A stretch of DNA of 32,909 nucleotides, from the IMG/VR virus record IMGVR_UViG_3300005672_000033; one strand, written 5' to 3'. The DNA comes from an uncultured virus (IMG/VR IMGVR_UViG_3300005672_000033). Taxonomy: Duplodnaviria; Heunggongvirae; Uroviricota; Caudoviricetes. Both the position numbers and the translations under genes were made by a program. Under the pieces are notes generated by a model. It saw nothing but the letters and a program-made list of their open reading frames with translations. It was not told the DNA's origin and did not search any database. This document shows positions 17,403-26,808 of the stretch, piece by piece. How positions within the stretch are numbered: the first letter of the stretch is position 1; each line of letters starts with the position of its first letter.

Positions 17403-17834
17403 ATGCCCATCAAGGACCCGGTGAAACGCGCGGAACGCCACAAGCAGTACATCCGCGAGAGGTATCACTCGGACGCGGAGTACCGTCGCAAGCACAAGGC
17501 GCTTGTCCGTCGCAACTCCGGTCTAAGGAGTGCGGAGATTCGGCAGGAGGTGGCACAGTTTAAGGCCGCTGGCTGCGCGTTGTGCGACGAGCGCGACCCC
17601 TGTTGCTTGACCGCGCACCATGTTGACCCGGCGCAGAAGCGCTTCGCAATCTCCGAGGCTCCTACACGTAAGGTTGGGCGCGCCAAGTTCACCGCCGAAC
17701 TGGCCAAGTGCGTGTGCCTCTGCGAGAACTGCCATCGCAAGGTTCACGCTGGCAGGAAAGCGTTGCCCGCCCAGCTCGCTCGCCCGGAACAGGCGGCGCC
17801 CATTGCGTGCCCCCACATCGCTGGATATCCGTAG
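17403..17834 (+). CDS. HNH endonuclease-like protein
   Basis: CALC, AHHVDP, ELAKCVCLCENCHRKVH; basic N-terminus; more A/T-ending codons than flanking structural genes. Confidence 0.85.
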   Translation: MPIKDPVKRAERHKQYIRERYHSDAEYRRKHKALVRRNSGLRSAEIRQEVAQFKAAGCALCDERDPCCLTAHHVDPAQKRFAISEAPTRKVGRAKFTAELAKCVCLCENCHRKVHAGRKALPAQLARPEQAAPIACPHIAGYP

Positions 17835-17852
17835 CCATAGGAGGACATACGG

Positions 17853-18476
17853 ATGCTTCAGCGATTGCTTCTTGTGGGGGTGGTTGCCGCCGCGCTTGGA
17901 TGTGAGGCCGAAACCGGACCAGAGGGTCCGCCCGGTCCCGCGGGCGCCGAAGGTGATCCGGGCGCGCCGGGCACGCCGGGGGAGGATGGGGACCCGGGCG
18001 AGCCGGGAATGGACGGCGAGCAGGGGAACGTCGGCCCGAAGGGCAACCAGGGAGACGACGGCGACCAGGGCCCGCAGGGTCAGGCCGGCCAACAAGGACC
18101 CGAAGGTCCGGCCGGGCCGGAGGGCCCGCAGGGCCCGCAGGGCGAGCAAGGGCCGCCCGGTCCTGCCGGCCCCGCTGCGGCCGGCGTGGTGACGTTCGAC
18201 ACGGTCTACGCCGTCGAGGCGATTCAGAACATCGGGGCGGGGTTGAACGGCGACGTCCAGGCGACCTGCCAGAACGGCGACATCGTGATCAGCGGGAGCT
18301 GCGGCTACTCCGTCGCCGACAACGGCATCCGGCTCCGGTTCAGCACGCCGGTCATGCCCATCTTCCCGAACCCCTCGAACGTCCCGGGCCCGCGCGGCTG
18401 GCTCTGCCAGTACACGAACAACGGCGGCGGCGGCAACGTCATCACCGCGCGCGCGGTGTGCGTGGACCTGCCGTAG
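17853..18476 (+). CDS. Collagen-like lipoprotein
   Basis: [17 protein letters not shown] signal/lipobox; 29 consecutive Gly-X-Y triplets; four-Cys C-terminal domain; AGGAGG SD. Confidence 0.85.
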   Translation: MLQRLLLVGVVAAALGCEAETGPEGPPGPAGAEGDPGAPGTPGEDGDPGEPGMDGEQGNVGPKGNQGDDGDQGPQGQAGQQGPEGPAGPEGPQGPQGEQGPPGPAGPAAAGVVTFDTVYAVEAIQNIGAGLNGDVQATCQNGDIVISGSCGYSVADNGIRLRFSTPVMPIFPNPSNVPGPRGWLCQYTNNGGGGNVITARAVCVDLP

Positions 18477-18478
18477 GC

Positions 18479-18526
18479 GGCGCGCCGGCTCGGCGAAGCG
18501 TTCACATGCGTGAGAACACCTCGCGC
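18479..18526 (+). promoter_or_regulatory. Late promoter-like motif with palindromic operator-like site
   Basis: GGCGCGCCGGCTCG 18479-18492; CGTTCACATGCGTGAGAACA 18499-18518; ATG at 18527. Confidence 0.65.
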
Positions 18527-19372
18527 ATGCGCATCGTCTTCCCGAGCGGGATGATCACGGACAACCGCGTCATGCAGGCGAAGGAGCTGCTCACGCTCTC
18601 GCGGGCGCGAGCAAAGAACCAGGCGGGCACCGGCATCGCCGAGGCCTACAAGGCCTGCTGGCTGGCCACCGAAGACGCCGGGCCCTACTCCTTCGTCGAG
18701 GGCAATGCCTGCCCGGACTGGAAGCGGGTTGGGACCGGAGACGTGCTCGCGGCGATGCTCCAGCACCGAGCAGCGGCTCTGGGGCCGAAGACGAGCTTTC
18801 CCATGTGGTGCGAGGGGTGCGGCCGGCGCCTCGAGGTCGAGGTGGACGTCGACGAGTTCGAGCTCAAGCCGATCCCGAAGGCCACGGCGGACGCCCTCCG
18901 CGAGAGGCAGCCGCTCGTCGCGCACCTCAAGAACGGCAAGCGAGTCGAGTTCCACATCGCGACGATGATGGCCGAGGAGTACGTCCAGGCGCAGCTCAAG
19001 CAGATGAAGCGCCGGCCCGAGTGGGAGAACCACGTGCCGTCGTTCATCGACCTGATGGCGGGCCGCATCCGCATGATCGAGGGGCTCGAGTCCACGGAGT
19101 TCGTGAAGCGGCTCGAGCATCTCCTCTTCCTCGACGCAGGCGTGGTCTACGACCTGCGAGACCAGATGGACGACGCCGAGTTCGGCGTCGAGACAGCGGT
19201 CGAGTTTACCTGCGAGCACTGTGACACGGAGCAGACGCAAGACGTCCCTTTGGATGCGGCCTCCTTCAACCCAGCGAAGAAGAGGTCGGAGATGACGAAG
19301 GGGACACCGATGAAGAACAACTGGACCGAAGCGAGCTCGGAAGAAGCTTCGACGCCCTCTTCGGTGTCCTGA
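18527..19372 (+). CDS. Tail/baseplate assembly chaperone (T4 gp26-like, two CxxC motifs)
   Basis: MRIVFPSG, GD..A, CEGC and CEHC; lies just upstream of the tape measure. Start chosen from promoter-motif spacing (ATG 18506 also in frame). Confidence 0.75.
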   Translation: MRIVFPSGMITDNRVMQAKELLTLSRARAKNQAGTGIAEAYKACWLATEDAGPYSFVEGNACPDWKRVGTGDVLAAMLQHRAAALGPKTSFPMWCEGCGRRLEVEVDVDEFELKPIPKATADALRERQPLVAHLKNGKRVEFHIATMMAEEYVQAQLKQMKRRPEWENHVPSFIDLMAGRIRMIEGLESTEFVKRLEHLLFLDAGVVYDLRDQMDDAEFGVETAVEFTCEHCDTEQTQDVPLDAASFNPAKKRSEMTKGTPMKNNWTEASSEEASTPSSVS

Positions 19373-19584
19373 TCTCGACGGCGACCCCTGCCGAGTACTA
19401 CGAGCTCGAGCACCATCTCTCGTACCTCCCGCACTACCGGATGGCCTACGTTGGCTGGACCCCCGACATGATCGGGCGGATGCCGATCGACCAGCTGCTC
19501 TGGCACGTCGAGAGGCTCATCGAGCGTCGTCGCGCGGACATCGCTGCGCTGGCTCGCCCCGCACCGAAGACGCCAGCTGAATAG
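19246..19584 (+). CDS. -1 frameshift extension of the chaperone (G/GT-type)
   Basis: Slippery heptamer C CCT TTG at 19246-19252; -1 frame open 19225-19584 encoding ...EYYELEHHLSYLPHYRMAYVGWTPDMIGRMPIDQLLWHVERLIERR; first ATG only at 19441. Confidence 0.72.
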   Translation, partial: PFGCGLLQPSEEEVGDDEGDTDEEQLDRSELGRSFDALFGVLISTATPAEYYELEHHLSYLPHYRMAYVGWTPDMIGRMPIDQLLWHVERLIERRRADIAALARPAPKTPAE

Positions 19585-19588
19585 CCGC

Positions 19589-22312
19589 GTGTCCGCGAAC
19601 GCTCTCGGCCTGGGGCTCGTTCTTCGGGCGACCAACCAAGCGAGCCCTGTCATCAAGCAGGTCGGCGGCGACGTCGTCACGCTGCGCAATCAGGTGAACG
19701 CTGCCGGCCGCAGCATGGCCGACTCGATGGCCGGCATGTTCCGCGACAGAGGCGGACGTCTGCGGGACGCGCGCGGAAAGTACGTGCAAGAGGCTGGCGT
19801 CGCAGGCAAGGCCGCAGGGGGCGCGTTCGCGCGCGGGTTGACGGGTGGGCTCGGTGGCGGGGGGTCGGACCTCGGGCTGGGCCTTGGCGGTGTGCTCGGC
19901 GCCGGCGCCGTCGCAGGCATCTTCGCCGCGCCGATCGCCAAGGCCAACGAGTTCTCGGACGCGCTCGCGAGCGTCCGAGCGATTTCCGGAGCGACCGCGG
20001 AGCAGATGGAGAAGCTCCGTCGTGCGTCACTCGACGCCGGCATCGCCACGCAGTTCAGCCCGACCGAGGCCGCGAACGCCCTCGGCGACCTGGCGAGCGC
20101 GGGCTTCAACGTGAACGAGTCGATCACGATGCTGCTGCCGACGCTCGACCTCGCCGCGGCGTCGCTCGGCCAGCTCTCGCCGTCGGATGCCGCAGGGCTC
20201 GCGTCGCAGGCGCTGAAGGCGTTCAAGATCTCGGCCGACCAGACCGCGCCCACGGTCGACAAGCTCGTCAACACGATGAATCTCTTCGCCGTCCAGGCAC
20301 GGGACCTTCCCCTCGGGCTCGCGAACTCGGTTCGCGGCGCGAGCGCGCTCGGTCAGAGCCTCGACGAGACCCTGATCTCCTTCGGTCTGGTCCGCAACAT
20401 CATCCCGCGCGTCGAGAGCGCGGCCACGGCGGTGTCGATCGCCATGGAGCGCATGGTCGACAAGAAGGTCCAGACCGCCGTCAAAGGCCTCGGCGTGGAG
20501 GTCGTCGACAGCACGGGCAAGTTCCGCCCGTTCCTCGACATCGTGACCGACATGCTCCCGCAGCTCGAGAAGATGACGGACGCGAAGCGCGCGGACTTCT
20601 TGGCGACGACGTTCGGGTCGGAGGCCCTGACCGGCTTCAACGCGATCATGGCCCAGGTCTCGAAGGGCATGCAGACGTCGACTGGAGAGACCGTCAAGGG
20701 CGCCGCAGCGATCGCCTACCTGCGCGATCAGATGAAGAACTCGGCGGGCACGGCGGGCAAGTTCCGCGACGAGCTGCTCAAGGATCTGCCCGGGCAGCTG
20801 CGCTTGCTCAAGGGGAGCTTCGAGACCTTCCTCACCATCATCGGCGAGCCGATGGCAGCCGCGCTCAAGCCGGTCGTGGCGGGCGCGGTTGACGGGCTCA
20901 ACGCGGTGATCGGGTTCTTCGACAAGCTCTCGGCGGGCGCCAAGAAGAGCATCGCCCAGGTCGCTCTGGCCGTGGGCGGGCTGGGGCTGGTGTTCGCGCT
21001 CGCGGGCGGCCCGGTCACGCTCGTGATCGGGACCATCATCGCCGGGATCGCCGGCATCAAGTACGCGGTCGACAAGAACATCGGCGGGCTGGGCGACAAG
21101 TTCGCGTCGTGGGGCCGAACCGTCCGCCTCGCGTGGGAAGGGATCGCCCAGCTCTTCAGCCAGGGCGGCTTCTCGGGCGCGATTCGGACCGAGCTCAACA
21201 AGGCCGAGAACGCCGGCATCAAGCAGTTCGCGATCACCGTCTTCGTCTGGGGCAACCGCATCAAGAACTTCTTCGCCGGCATCGGCGAGGGCTTCTCCGT
21301 GGCCATGGAGCGCGCGGCCCCGACCTTCAATGCGCTCGGTGACGCGGTCGGGCGCATCGCCAGTGCCCTCGGGTTGACGGCCGAGCAGGACCCGGCGGGC
21401 AACATGGACGCCTGGGCGAAGGCGGGCGCGGTCGGCGCCGTCGTTGGCGAGATGTTCGCGGCCGCGCTCGAGTGGGTCGCCCGCACCATCACGAAGGTGA
21501 TCGACTTCGGCGAAGGGTTCGCGTCGACGTTCCAGGTCGGCAGGGTCTTCGACGCCGCCCGAGGCGCTGCGAAGCAGCTCAGCATCGCCCTCTCTTTGCT
21601 GCTCGGCGAGGACCCGAGCGAGTCGACGGGTGGCTGGCGGCGGTTCGGCGAGGTGCTTGGCGGCGCCGCCACCTTCGGCGCCAACAGCCTGGCCGCGGCC
21701 ATCAACTTCATCTCCCGCGCGCTCGCCGGCGTGTCGATCGGGATGCGCGGCATGAACGAGATCATGGCCGGCGTGTTCGAAGGCAACTGGACCAAGGTCT
21801 GGGGCGGGATGAAGAAGGTCGTGATCGCCCAGGTGAAGGGCATCCTCACGATCGTGGGGTTCATGGTCGAGCGGATCGCGAGCTCGATGGACGCGCTCGC
21901 GGCCATCGGCGGCGGGAAGCTGGGCGCCTCCGAGAAGGTGGCGGGGATGCTTGGCGAGCTCCACAAAGGCCTCGATGAGGCCGCGGGCATCAAGCCAGGG
22001 GCATCCGGGATCGAGCGCCGCACCACCCGGACCGAGTTCGAGCGCGCGAGCGAGGCTTCGAACGCGGTTCACAACATCGCGCGGACGGCCGAGCTGGGGG
22101 CGCAGCTGTTCGGTCTCAAGGGTACGGAAATGGGGCAGCGGGCCGCTTCGCAGATCAGCAGCTTGGATGGCCTGGCGGAGAAGCTGAAGCCGTCCGTCAA
22201 GGCCGACGTGAAGGTCTTCCTCGACAGCGAGCCGATCGTTGCTCGGGTGCAGACGAAGATCGAGGAAGATAAGGCCCGGGGCGGCGCCGACATGGCCCCC
22301 CCGGGCGGCTGA
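19589..22312 (+). CDS. Tail tape measure protein (TP901-like core)
   Basis: 907 aa Ala/Gly-rich; FSDALASVRAISGAT, TQFSPTEAANAL..LASAGF, LDLAAA core; hydrophobic segments. Confidence 0.95.
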   Translation: MSANALGLGLVLRATNQASPVIKQVGGDVVTLRNQVNAAGRSMADSMAGMFRDRGGRLRDARGKYVQEAGVAGKAAGGAFARGLTGGLGGGGSDLGLGLGGVLGAGAVAGIFAAPIAKANEFSDALASVRAISGATAEQMEKLRRASLDAGIATQFSPTEAANALGDLASAGFNVNESITMLLPTLDLAAASLGQLSPSDAAGLASQALKAFKISADQTAPTVDKLVNTMNLFAVQARDLPLGLANSVRGASALGQSLDETLISFGLVRNIIPRVESAATAVSIAMERMVDKKVQTAVKGLGVEVVDSTGKFRPFLDIVTDMLPQLEKMTDAKRADFLATTFGSEALTGFNAIMAQVSKGMQTSTGETVKGAAAIAYLRDQMKNSAGTAGKFRDELLKDLPGQLRLLKGSFETFLTIIGEPMAAALKPVVAGAVDGLNAVIGFFDKLSAGAKKSIAQVALAVGGLGLVFALAGGPVTLVIGTIIAGIAGIKYAVDKNIGGLGDKFASWGRTVRLAWEGIAQLFSQGGFSGAIRTELNKAENAGIKQFAITVFVWGNRIKNFFAGIGEGFSVAMERAAPTFNALGDAVGRIASALGLTAEQDPAGNMDAWAKAGAVGAVVGEMFAAALEWVARTITKVIDFGEGFASTFQVGRVFDAARGAAKQLSIALSLLLGEDPSESTGGWRRFGEVLGGAATFGANSLAAAINFISRALAGVSIGMRGMNEIMAGVFEGNWTKVWGGMKKVVIAQVKGILTIVGFMVERIASSMDALAAIGGGKLGASEKVAGMLGELHKGLDEAAGIKPGASGIERRTTRTEFERASEASNAVHNIARTAELGAQLFGLKGTEMGQRAASQISSLDGLAEKLKPSVKADVKVFLDSEPIVARVQTKIEEDKARGGADMAPPGG

Positions 22313-22356
22313 GGCGCCTACTCGCACGGGTGAGAACGGGGGCGTAGACCCGTCCC
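22313..22356 (+). promoter_or_regulatory. Late promoter-like motif with degenerate operator-like site
   Basis: GGCGCCTACTCG 22313-22324; TACTCGCACGGGTGAGAACG 22319-22338; TAGACC 22345-22350; ATG at 22357. Confidence 0.55.
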
Positions 22357-22848
22357 ATGACCGTGCCGGCCCGCATGTCCCTGACGAATACGGACACGGC
22401 CGAGACGCTCGTGGTGCAGTTCAACCCCGAGAAGCTGAGCGGCAAGCTCGAGCCCATCTTCGCCGCCCTCGAGGTCCTCGGCGCGAGCGGCCAAGAGGAG
22501 CAGTTCCGCTACCTCAAGAACGCGAGCATCGACATCGAGCTCCGCTTCGACGCCCTCATCGATCGCACGTGGAACGCGGCGAAGCTCCAGGACTCGATGA
22601 ACTTCATCCTTTCGCTCGCGGCGCCGCGGCAGGGTGACACGGTCCAGGACATCGACCCGCCCTACACCCTGTTCGTCTGGCCGCGTCTCTACGCGATCGT
22701 CGGGCGCGTGAAGGCGCCGACCTGGGAGGACCTGCGCTTTGCCATGAACGGGGCGTGCACGCTGCGCACGGTCCGCTTTCAACTCTCCCAAATCACCAAC
22801 GCGAGGCGAACGTCGACCGACTTCCGGCGGAGGGGGCTCAACAGCTGA
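22357..22848 (+). CDS. Tube initiator/baseplate protein (CIS tube-like)
   Basis: VQFNPEKLS, ELRFD, PPYTLFVW motifs; follows tape measure. Confidence 0.8.
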   Translation: MTVPARMSLTNTDTAETLVVQFNPEKLSGKLEPIFAALEVLGASGQEEQFRYLKNASIDIELRFDALIDRTWNAAKLQDSMNFILSLAAPRQGDTVQDIDPPYTLFVWPRLYAIVGRVKAPTWEDLRFAMNGACTLRTVRFQLSQITNARRTSTDFRRRGLNS

Positions 22849-23198
22849 TGCTCTCCACGAGCCGGTACCGGTTCTGCACCGTCGAGAAGGACGACGCGGG
22901 GCGCACCTTCCTCGGGCCGCGCCCCGTCTTCGGCTTCCGCGAGCTCCCGGACACGCGCGTCCACGTCGCGGCCGAGGGCGACACGCTGCATGCCCTCGCC
23001 GCCGCGTACTTCCGAGGCCTCACGCGGCCTGAGCAGTTCTTCTGGGCGATCGCCGACTTTCAGCCCGAGCCGATCCGCGACGCCACGATCCCGATCGAGG
23101 CCGAGCGCCGCGTCTACATCCCGAGCGTGCGCGTGCTCGAGGAGCGCATCCTCTCCGTGCGTCGTGACGACGAGGACGAGGAGGACATCGGTGCCTAA
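22848..23198 (+). CDS. LysM/tail X-like baseplate protein
   Basis: SRY start; HVAAEGDTLHALAAAYF..FWAIADFQ..IP; TGATG coupling. Confidence 0.82.
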   Translation: MLSTSRYRFCTVEKDDAGRTFLGPRPVFGFRELPDTRVHVAAEGDTLHALAAAYFRGLTRPEQFFWAIADFQPEPIRDATIPIEAERRVYIPSVRVLEERILSVRRDDEDEEDIGA

Positions 23199-24486
23199 CA
23201 CCGCCGCCCCTCGGTTCCACATCCGCTACAAGCGGCCCGGCGAGATCGAGGCGCAAGACCTCCCCGCCGGCGCCCGGATTCTCACGTTCCGGTTCGAGGA
23301 CGTCGAGGACAAGGCCGACAAGCTCACGCTCACCGTCGACAACCACGACATCTCGGCATTCGACGGTGACGTTTGGAACGAGGACAACGTCCTCGAGTTC
23401 CAGTTCGGCTACCCGGGCGCGATGAGCCCCCCGCGGGAGGCCGTGATCCAGAGGACGACGGGGTGGAACCCGATGACGGTGGAGGCCGACGCGAAGGACG
23501 CGGCGGTCATGAACCGGCTCCAGAGGACCGACCGGATCTGGGATGACGTGAAGCGGAGCGACGTCGTCGCGGAGATCTGCCGCTCGTACGGCTACACCGA
23601 CGCCCAGCTCCACATCGACGACACGAAGCTCGTCGTCGCCCACATCACGCAGGCCCGCATGACCGACCTGCAGCTGATCCGCAGCCTGGCGGCGCGCGAG
23701 GGCTTCGAGTTCTACATCGACTGGGACGGCGTCCACTTCCACAAGCGCAACACCAAGCAAAAGCCCATCAAGACGATCACCTACTTCGCCGACCCGAACC
23801 TCGGCGACGTCGTGAGCGTCTCGCTGGAGAAGGACAAGCGCGCTGGCAAACCTGGCGCGGTCACCCTGCAGGGCAAGGACGCGAAGACCGGCGAACCGTT
23901 CGAGGTCCGCGCCGACAACCAGAGCACGCAGGGGGAGCGCACCGGGCTCGCTGAGAATCTCCTGGTGCATGGCACCGAGGCGAGCGAGATCGAGCTCGTC
24001 GACACGAAGACCGGCTCGACGTCGATCGCGAGCAAGCAGGCCGTCGCCGCGAGCGCGCAGGAGCTGGTCGCCCCGACGACGGAGACGAGCGCGGCCGCCG
24101 CGCAGCGGGTCGCCAACGGCGCCTACCAGAAGCAGCAGCTGCGCGGGATCACCCTCACGCTCGGGCTCCGCGGCGACGCGTTGCTCTTCGCCAAATCGGT
24201 GGTCGAGCTCCGGGCGTTCGGCACCAAGCTCTCGGGCAACTGGTACGCCAAGAACGTCACCCACCTGCTCGGCGACAACTACTACTCGATGACGGCGAAG
24301 GTGAGCCGCGACGGGCTCAATGGGCAGGGCGTGCCCACGGCCGCCTCGAAGAATGCGCAGGAGGGGCCGAACCCGCCGGGGCCGGGCAACGAAGGGTCGG
24401 CGGCGCAGCAGCTGGGCCCCATCGACCACGTGGACGCATTCGGCAACGTCACCACGACGTACCAGGCCGGAGGAGGTAGCTCGTGA
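23191..24486 (+). CDS. Baseplate hub protein (P2 gpD/late control D-like)
   Basis: ADKLTLTVDN, FGY, SDVVAEI, Q..MTDLQLIRSLAAREGFEFYID, G.KLSGNWY...VTH; GTG 23191 with GAGGAGG SD. Confidence 0.88.
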   Translation: MPNTAAPRFHIRYKRPGEIEAQDLPAGARILTFRFEDVEDKADKLTLTVDNHDISAFDGDVWNEDNVLEFQFGYPGAMSPPREAVIQRTTGWNPMTVEADAKDAAVMNRLQRTDRIWDDVKRSDVVAEICRSYGYTDAQLHIDDTKLVVAHITQARMTDLQLIRSLAAREGFEFYIDWDGVHFHKRNTKQKPIKTITYFADPNLGDVVSVSLEKDKRAGKPGAVTLQGKDAKTGEPFEVRADNQSTQGERTGLAENLLVHGTEASEIELVDTKTGSTSIASKQAVAASAQELVAPTTETSAAAAQRVANGAYQKQQLRGITLTLGLRGDALLFAKSVVELRAFGTKLSGNWYAKNVTHLLGDNYYSMTAKVSRDGLNGQGVPTAASKNAQEGPNPPGPGNEGSAAQQLGPIDHVDAFGNVTTTYQAGGGSS

Positions 24487-25064
24487 ACGGGTTCAACGAC
24501 GGCACGGCTCGCTTCTTCGGCGTCTACGAGGGCACGGTGATCGAGAACGTGGACCCGACCGGCAAGTGGCGCTGCCGCCTCTCCGTGACCGGGATCATGG
24601 TGAAGAGCCCCTGGGCGAAGCCCTTCGGCACGATCGGTGGGGGCGGACCCCAGCGTGGCGGCTGGGTGGTGCCGGACATCGGCGCGGACGTCCTCGTGAT
24701 GTTCCTGAACGGCGACCCGGAGCGCCCGCTCTACGCGCCCGCCAGCTTCTCGGAGGCGCCGGGCGGGAGCGAGATGCCGGTGCCCGCCCGCGACGCGCCG
24801 CCCGAGGAGGCGCACCTCGTGCCCTCGCTCCAGCTCATGAAGGGACGGCTCTCGCTCTACGTCGACGAGCGGGAAGGGCAGCGCAAGCTCGTCCTCGAGG
24901 ACAACGAGCTCGGCGACGCCATCGTCTGGGACTTCGAGAAGGGGGGGCTCCGCATCAAGATGACCTCGGCCATCCTGCTCGAGTCGGACGGCCTCTTTCG
25001 CGCCGACGCGCTGCAAACCCAGATCCAGAACAGGCTCGTCGACGTCACGCCCAAGCCGATCTGA
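24483..25064 (+). CDS. Baseplate central spike (gpV/gp5 OB-fold)
   Basis: GVYEGTVIENVDP..WA..GGWVVPDIGADVLVMFLNGDPERP; GGAGG SD. Confidence 0.9.
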   Translation: MNGFNDGTARFFGVYEGTVIENVDPTGKWRCRLSVTGIMVKSPWAKPFGTIGGGGPQRGGWVVPDIGADVLVMFLNGDPERPLYAPASFSEAPGGSEMPVPARDAPPEEAHLVPSLQLMKGRLSLYVDEREGQRKLVLEDNELGDAIVWDFEKGGLRIKMTSAILLESDGLFRADALQTQIQNRLVDVTPKPI

Positions 25065-25067
25065 GCC

Positions 25068-25793
25068 ATGGCTGCCGCCGGCCTCCCCGACCTCTCCGCG
25101 TTCTGTATCGAGCTCTCCACGGGCCCGGGGGAGATCTGCATCCGGTTCCCGGGCGGGATGCAGGTGTGCGCGCAATACGGGTTCGAGATCGGGGACAACG
25201 GCGAGATCATCCGGAGCCTGCTGGCGCAGGTGAACTCGGCGCTCTCGCCCCTCGGGCCGTTCTTCAACGTCCTCGACTGCATCAAGGCGATCGTGGACTG
25301 CATCCAGGCGATCCCCGACTGCGTCCTGCAGCTCTCGCCCGAGCCCATCCTGAGCTGCATCCCCGACCTCATCAAAAAGCTGATGGCGCTCCTCGCGCTC
25401 ATCCCGCAGCTCTCGATCCCCGCGCTCATCGCGGACATCCTCGAGGCCATCATCGTGGGCCTGCTCGCGATCCGCGCCGAGCTCGCCGCGATGATCCTCC
25501 AGAACCTGAAGATCCTCGCCGCGGGCACGCGCGCGGCCGAGACAGGCAACGTCGAGCTCCAGCTCGTCGTCGACTGCGCGACCGGCAACATGGAGGCGCA
25601 GCTCATCAACAAGAACGCGTCGCTCGCGCCCCTCAACCGGCTCATCGGCGTGATGAACTTCCTGCTCGAGCTCGCGCAGCTCCCGCCCGTGCCGAGCCTC
25701 GACAACCTCGAGAACGTCGACGACGCCGCGCTCGCGGGGCTCGACGCGAGCATCCAGGTCTTGGAAGCGGCCAAGGCCACCCTGCCTGTGTGA
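25068..25793 (+). CDS. Hypothetical helical, hydrophobic baseplate-region protein
   Basis: 241 aa, Leu/Ile/Pro/Cys-rich amphipathic helices; immediately after the spike. Confidence 0.75.
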   Translation: MAAAGLPDLSAFCIELSTGPGEICIRFPGGMQVCAQYGFEIGDNGEIIRSLLAQVNSALSPLGPFFNVLDCIKAIVDCIQAIPDCVLQLSPEPILSCIPDLIKKLMALLALIPQLSIPALIADILEAIIVGLLAIRAELAAMILQNLKILAAGTRAAETGNVELQLVVDCATGNMEAQLINKNASLAPLNRLIGVMNFLLELAQLPPVPSLDNLENVDDAALAGLDASIQVLEAAKATLPV

Positions 25794-25800
25794 GGACCTC

Positions 25801-26805
25801 ATGACGACCTTCGAGCAGACATGGCAGATCGACCCGAACCGAAGTCCGGCCAATGAGTCGACCCACGCTCTTCAGTCGAGGAGCATCATGTGGTGGATCA
25901 AGGCCTTCTTGAAGGGGGAGCAGGGCGGCGCCACGCAAGGTCTTTGGACCTGCGCGGGGTCGAGTGACGCGGCAACCGCCGGGATGGACGGAGTCGACCG
26001 TTGGACGGCTTCGTTCGACTCGACCAAGATCGTCCGCGCCACGCCAGGAAACGCGCACTCCTGGATCGTGCTGCAGTCGCCGGCGGGGCTCGGCGGCGGA
26101 CCTTGGTACATGTGCATCGACTACTCGGCCACGGTCGAATACCAGACGTCGGTCTTCTTCTCGAAGACGGCGTTCACGGGTGGTAGCACGACCGCACGTC
26201 CCACGAGCACGACGGAGTGGGCGGCACCTCCGGGCGGGACGACGCCGAGTCAGTTCATCATCACCTCGCTGCAGGGCGTGCGAATGAACGGCTTGCTCTC
26301 GACCAGCGGCGACTTCCACATTCGGTTCAGTCGTCAGTCGGGCTCCGGCTTCATGAACTTCGCGTTCTCCTTCATCGCGCTCACCAACACCAAGTCTACG
26401 GATGCGCACAACGGTTGGAGTCTCTGGCAGTTCCTGGACGGCAGCCCAGGCGTTTGCAGCAGACCGGCGTGGTCGACGTCGTCGGGGTGGCCGTGGCGTG
26501 GTCGTAACAAGGACAATACTGTCACGGTCGATGCGAGCATCATCGCGCCGCACATCGGCGCCACCCATGCGTTCGCCGACATCAGCGGCACTGATGGTAC
26601 CGACAATCTATATGGCGACTTCCCGATGTACCTCCAGGTCGTCACCGCTGCGCAGAAGTCTCAGCGCGGGCGGATTCGCGACCTCATGTGGGCGCCTGAC
26701 AATGCCCCCAACCAGGTGGAGCCACCGACCGGACCGCCGTACCAAAGCGTGATTCTCGGGGCCGTGTGGCACCCGTGGCCTGCGTCGGTCACCCCCGCGC
26801 TCTAG
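25801..26805 (+). CDS. Hypothetical virion protein (candidate receptor-binding/fibre component)
   Basis: 334 aa Trp/Thr/Ser/Gly-rich beta-type protein; GAGGA SD; codon usage less GC3-biased than neighbours. Confidence 0.65.
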   Translation: MTTFEQTWQIDPNRSPANESTHALQSRSIMWWIKAFLKGEQGGATQGLWTCAGSSDAATAGMDGVDRWTASFDSTKIVRATPGNAHSWIVLQSPAGLGGGPWYMCIDYSATVEYQTSVFFSKTAFTGGSTTARPTSTTEWAAPPGGTTPSQFIITSLQGVRMNGLLSTSGDFHIRFSRQSGSGFMNFAFSFIALTNTKSTDAHNGWSLWQFLDGSPGVCSRPAWSTSSGWPWRGRNKDNTVTVDASIIAPHIGATHAFADISGTDGTDNLYGDFPMYLQVVTAAQKSQRGRIRDLMWAPDNAPNQVEPPTGPPYQSVILGAVWHPWPASVTPAL

Positions 26806-26808
26806 CCG

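Noticed and set aside
20027..22327. 766-aa and 432-aa minus-strand ORFs
   Set aside because: Shadows of the tape measure gene.
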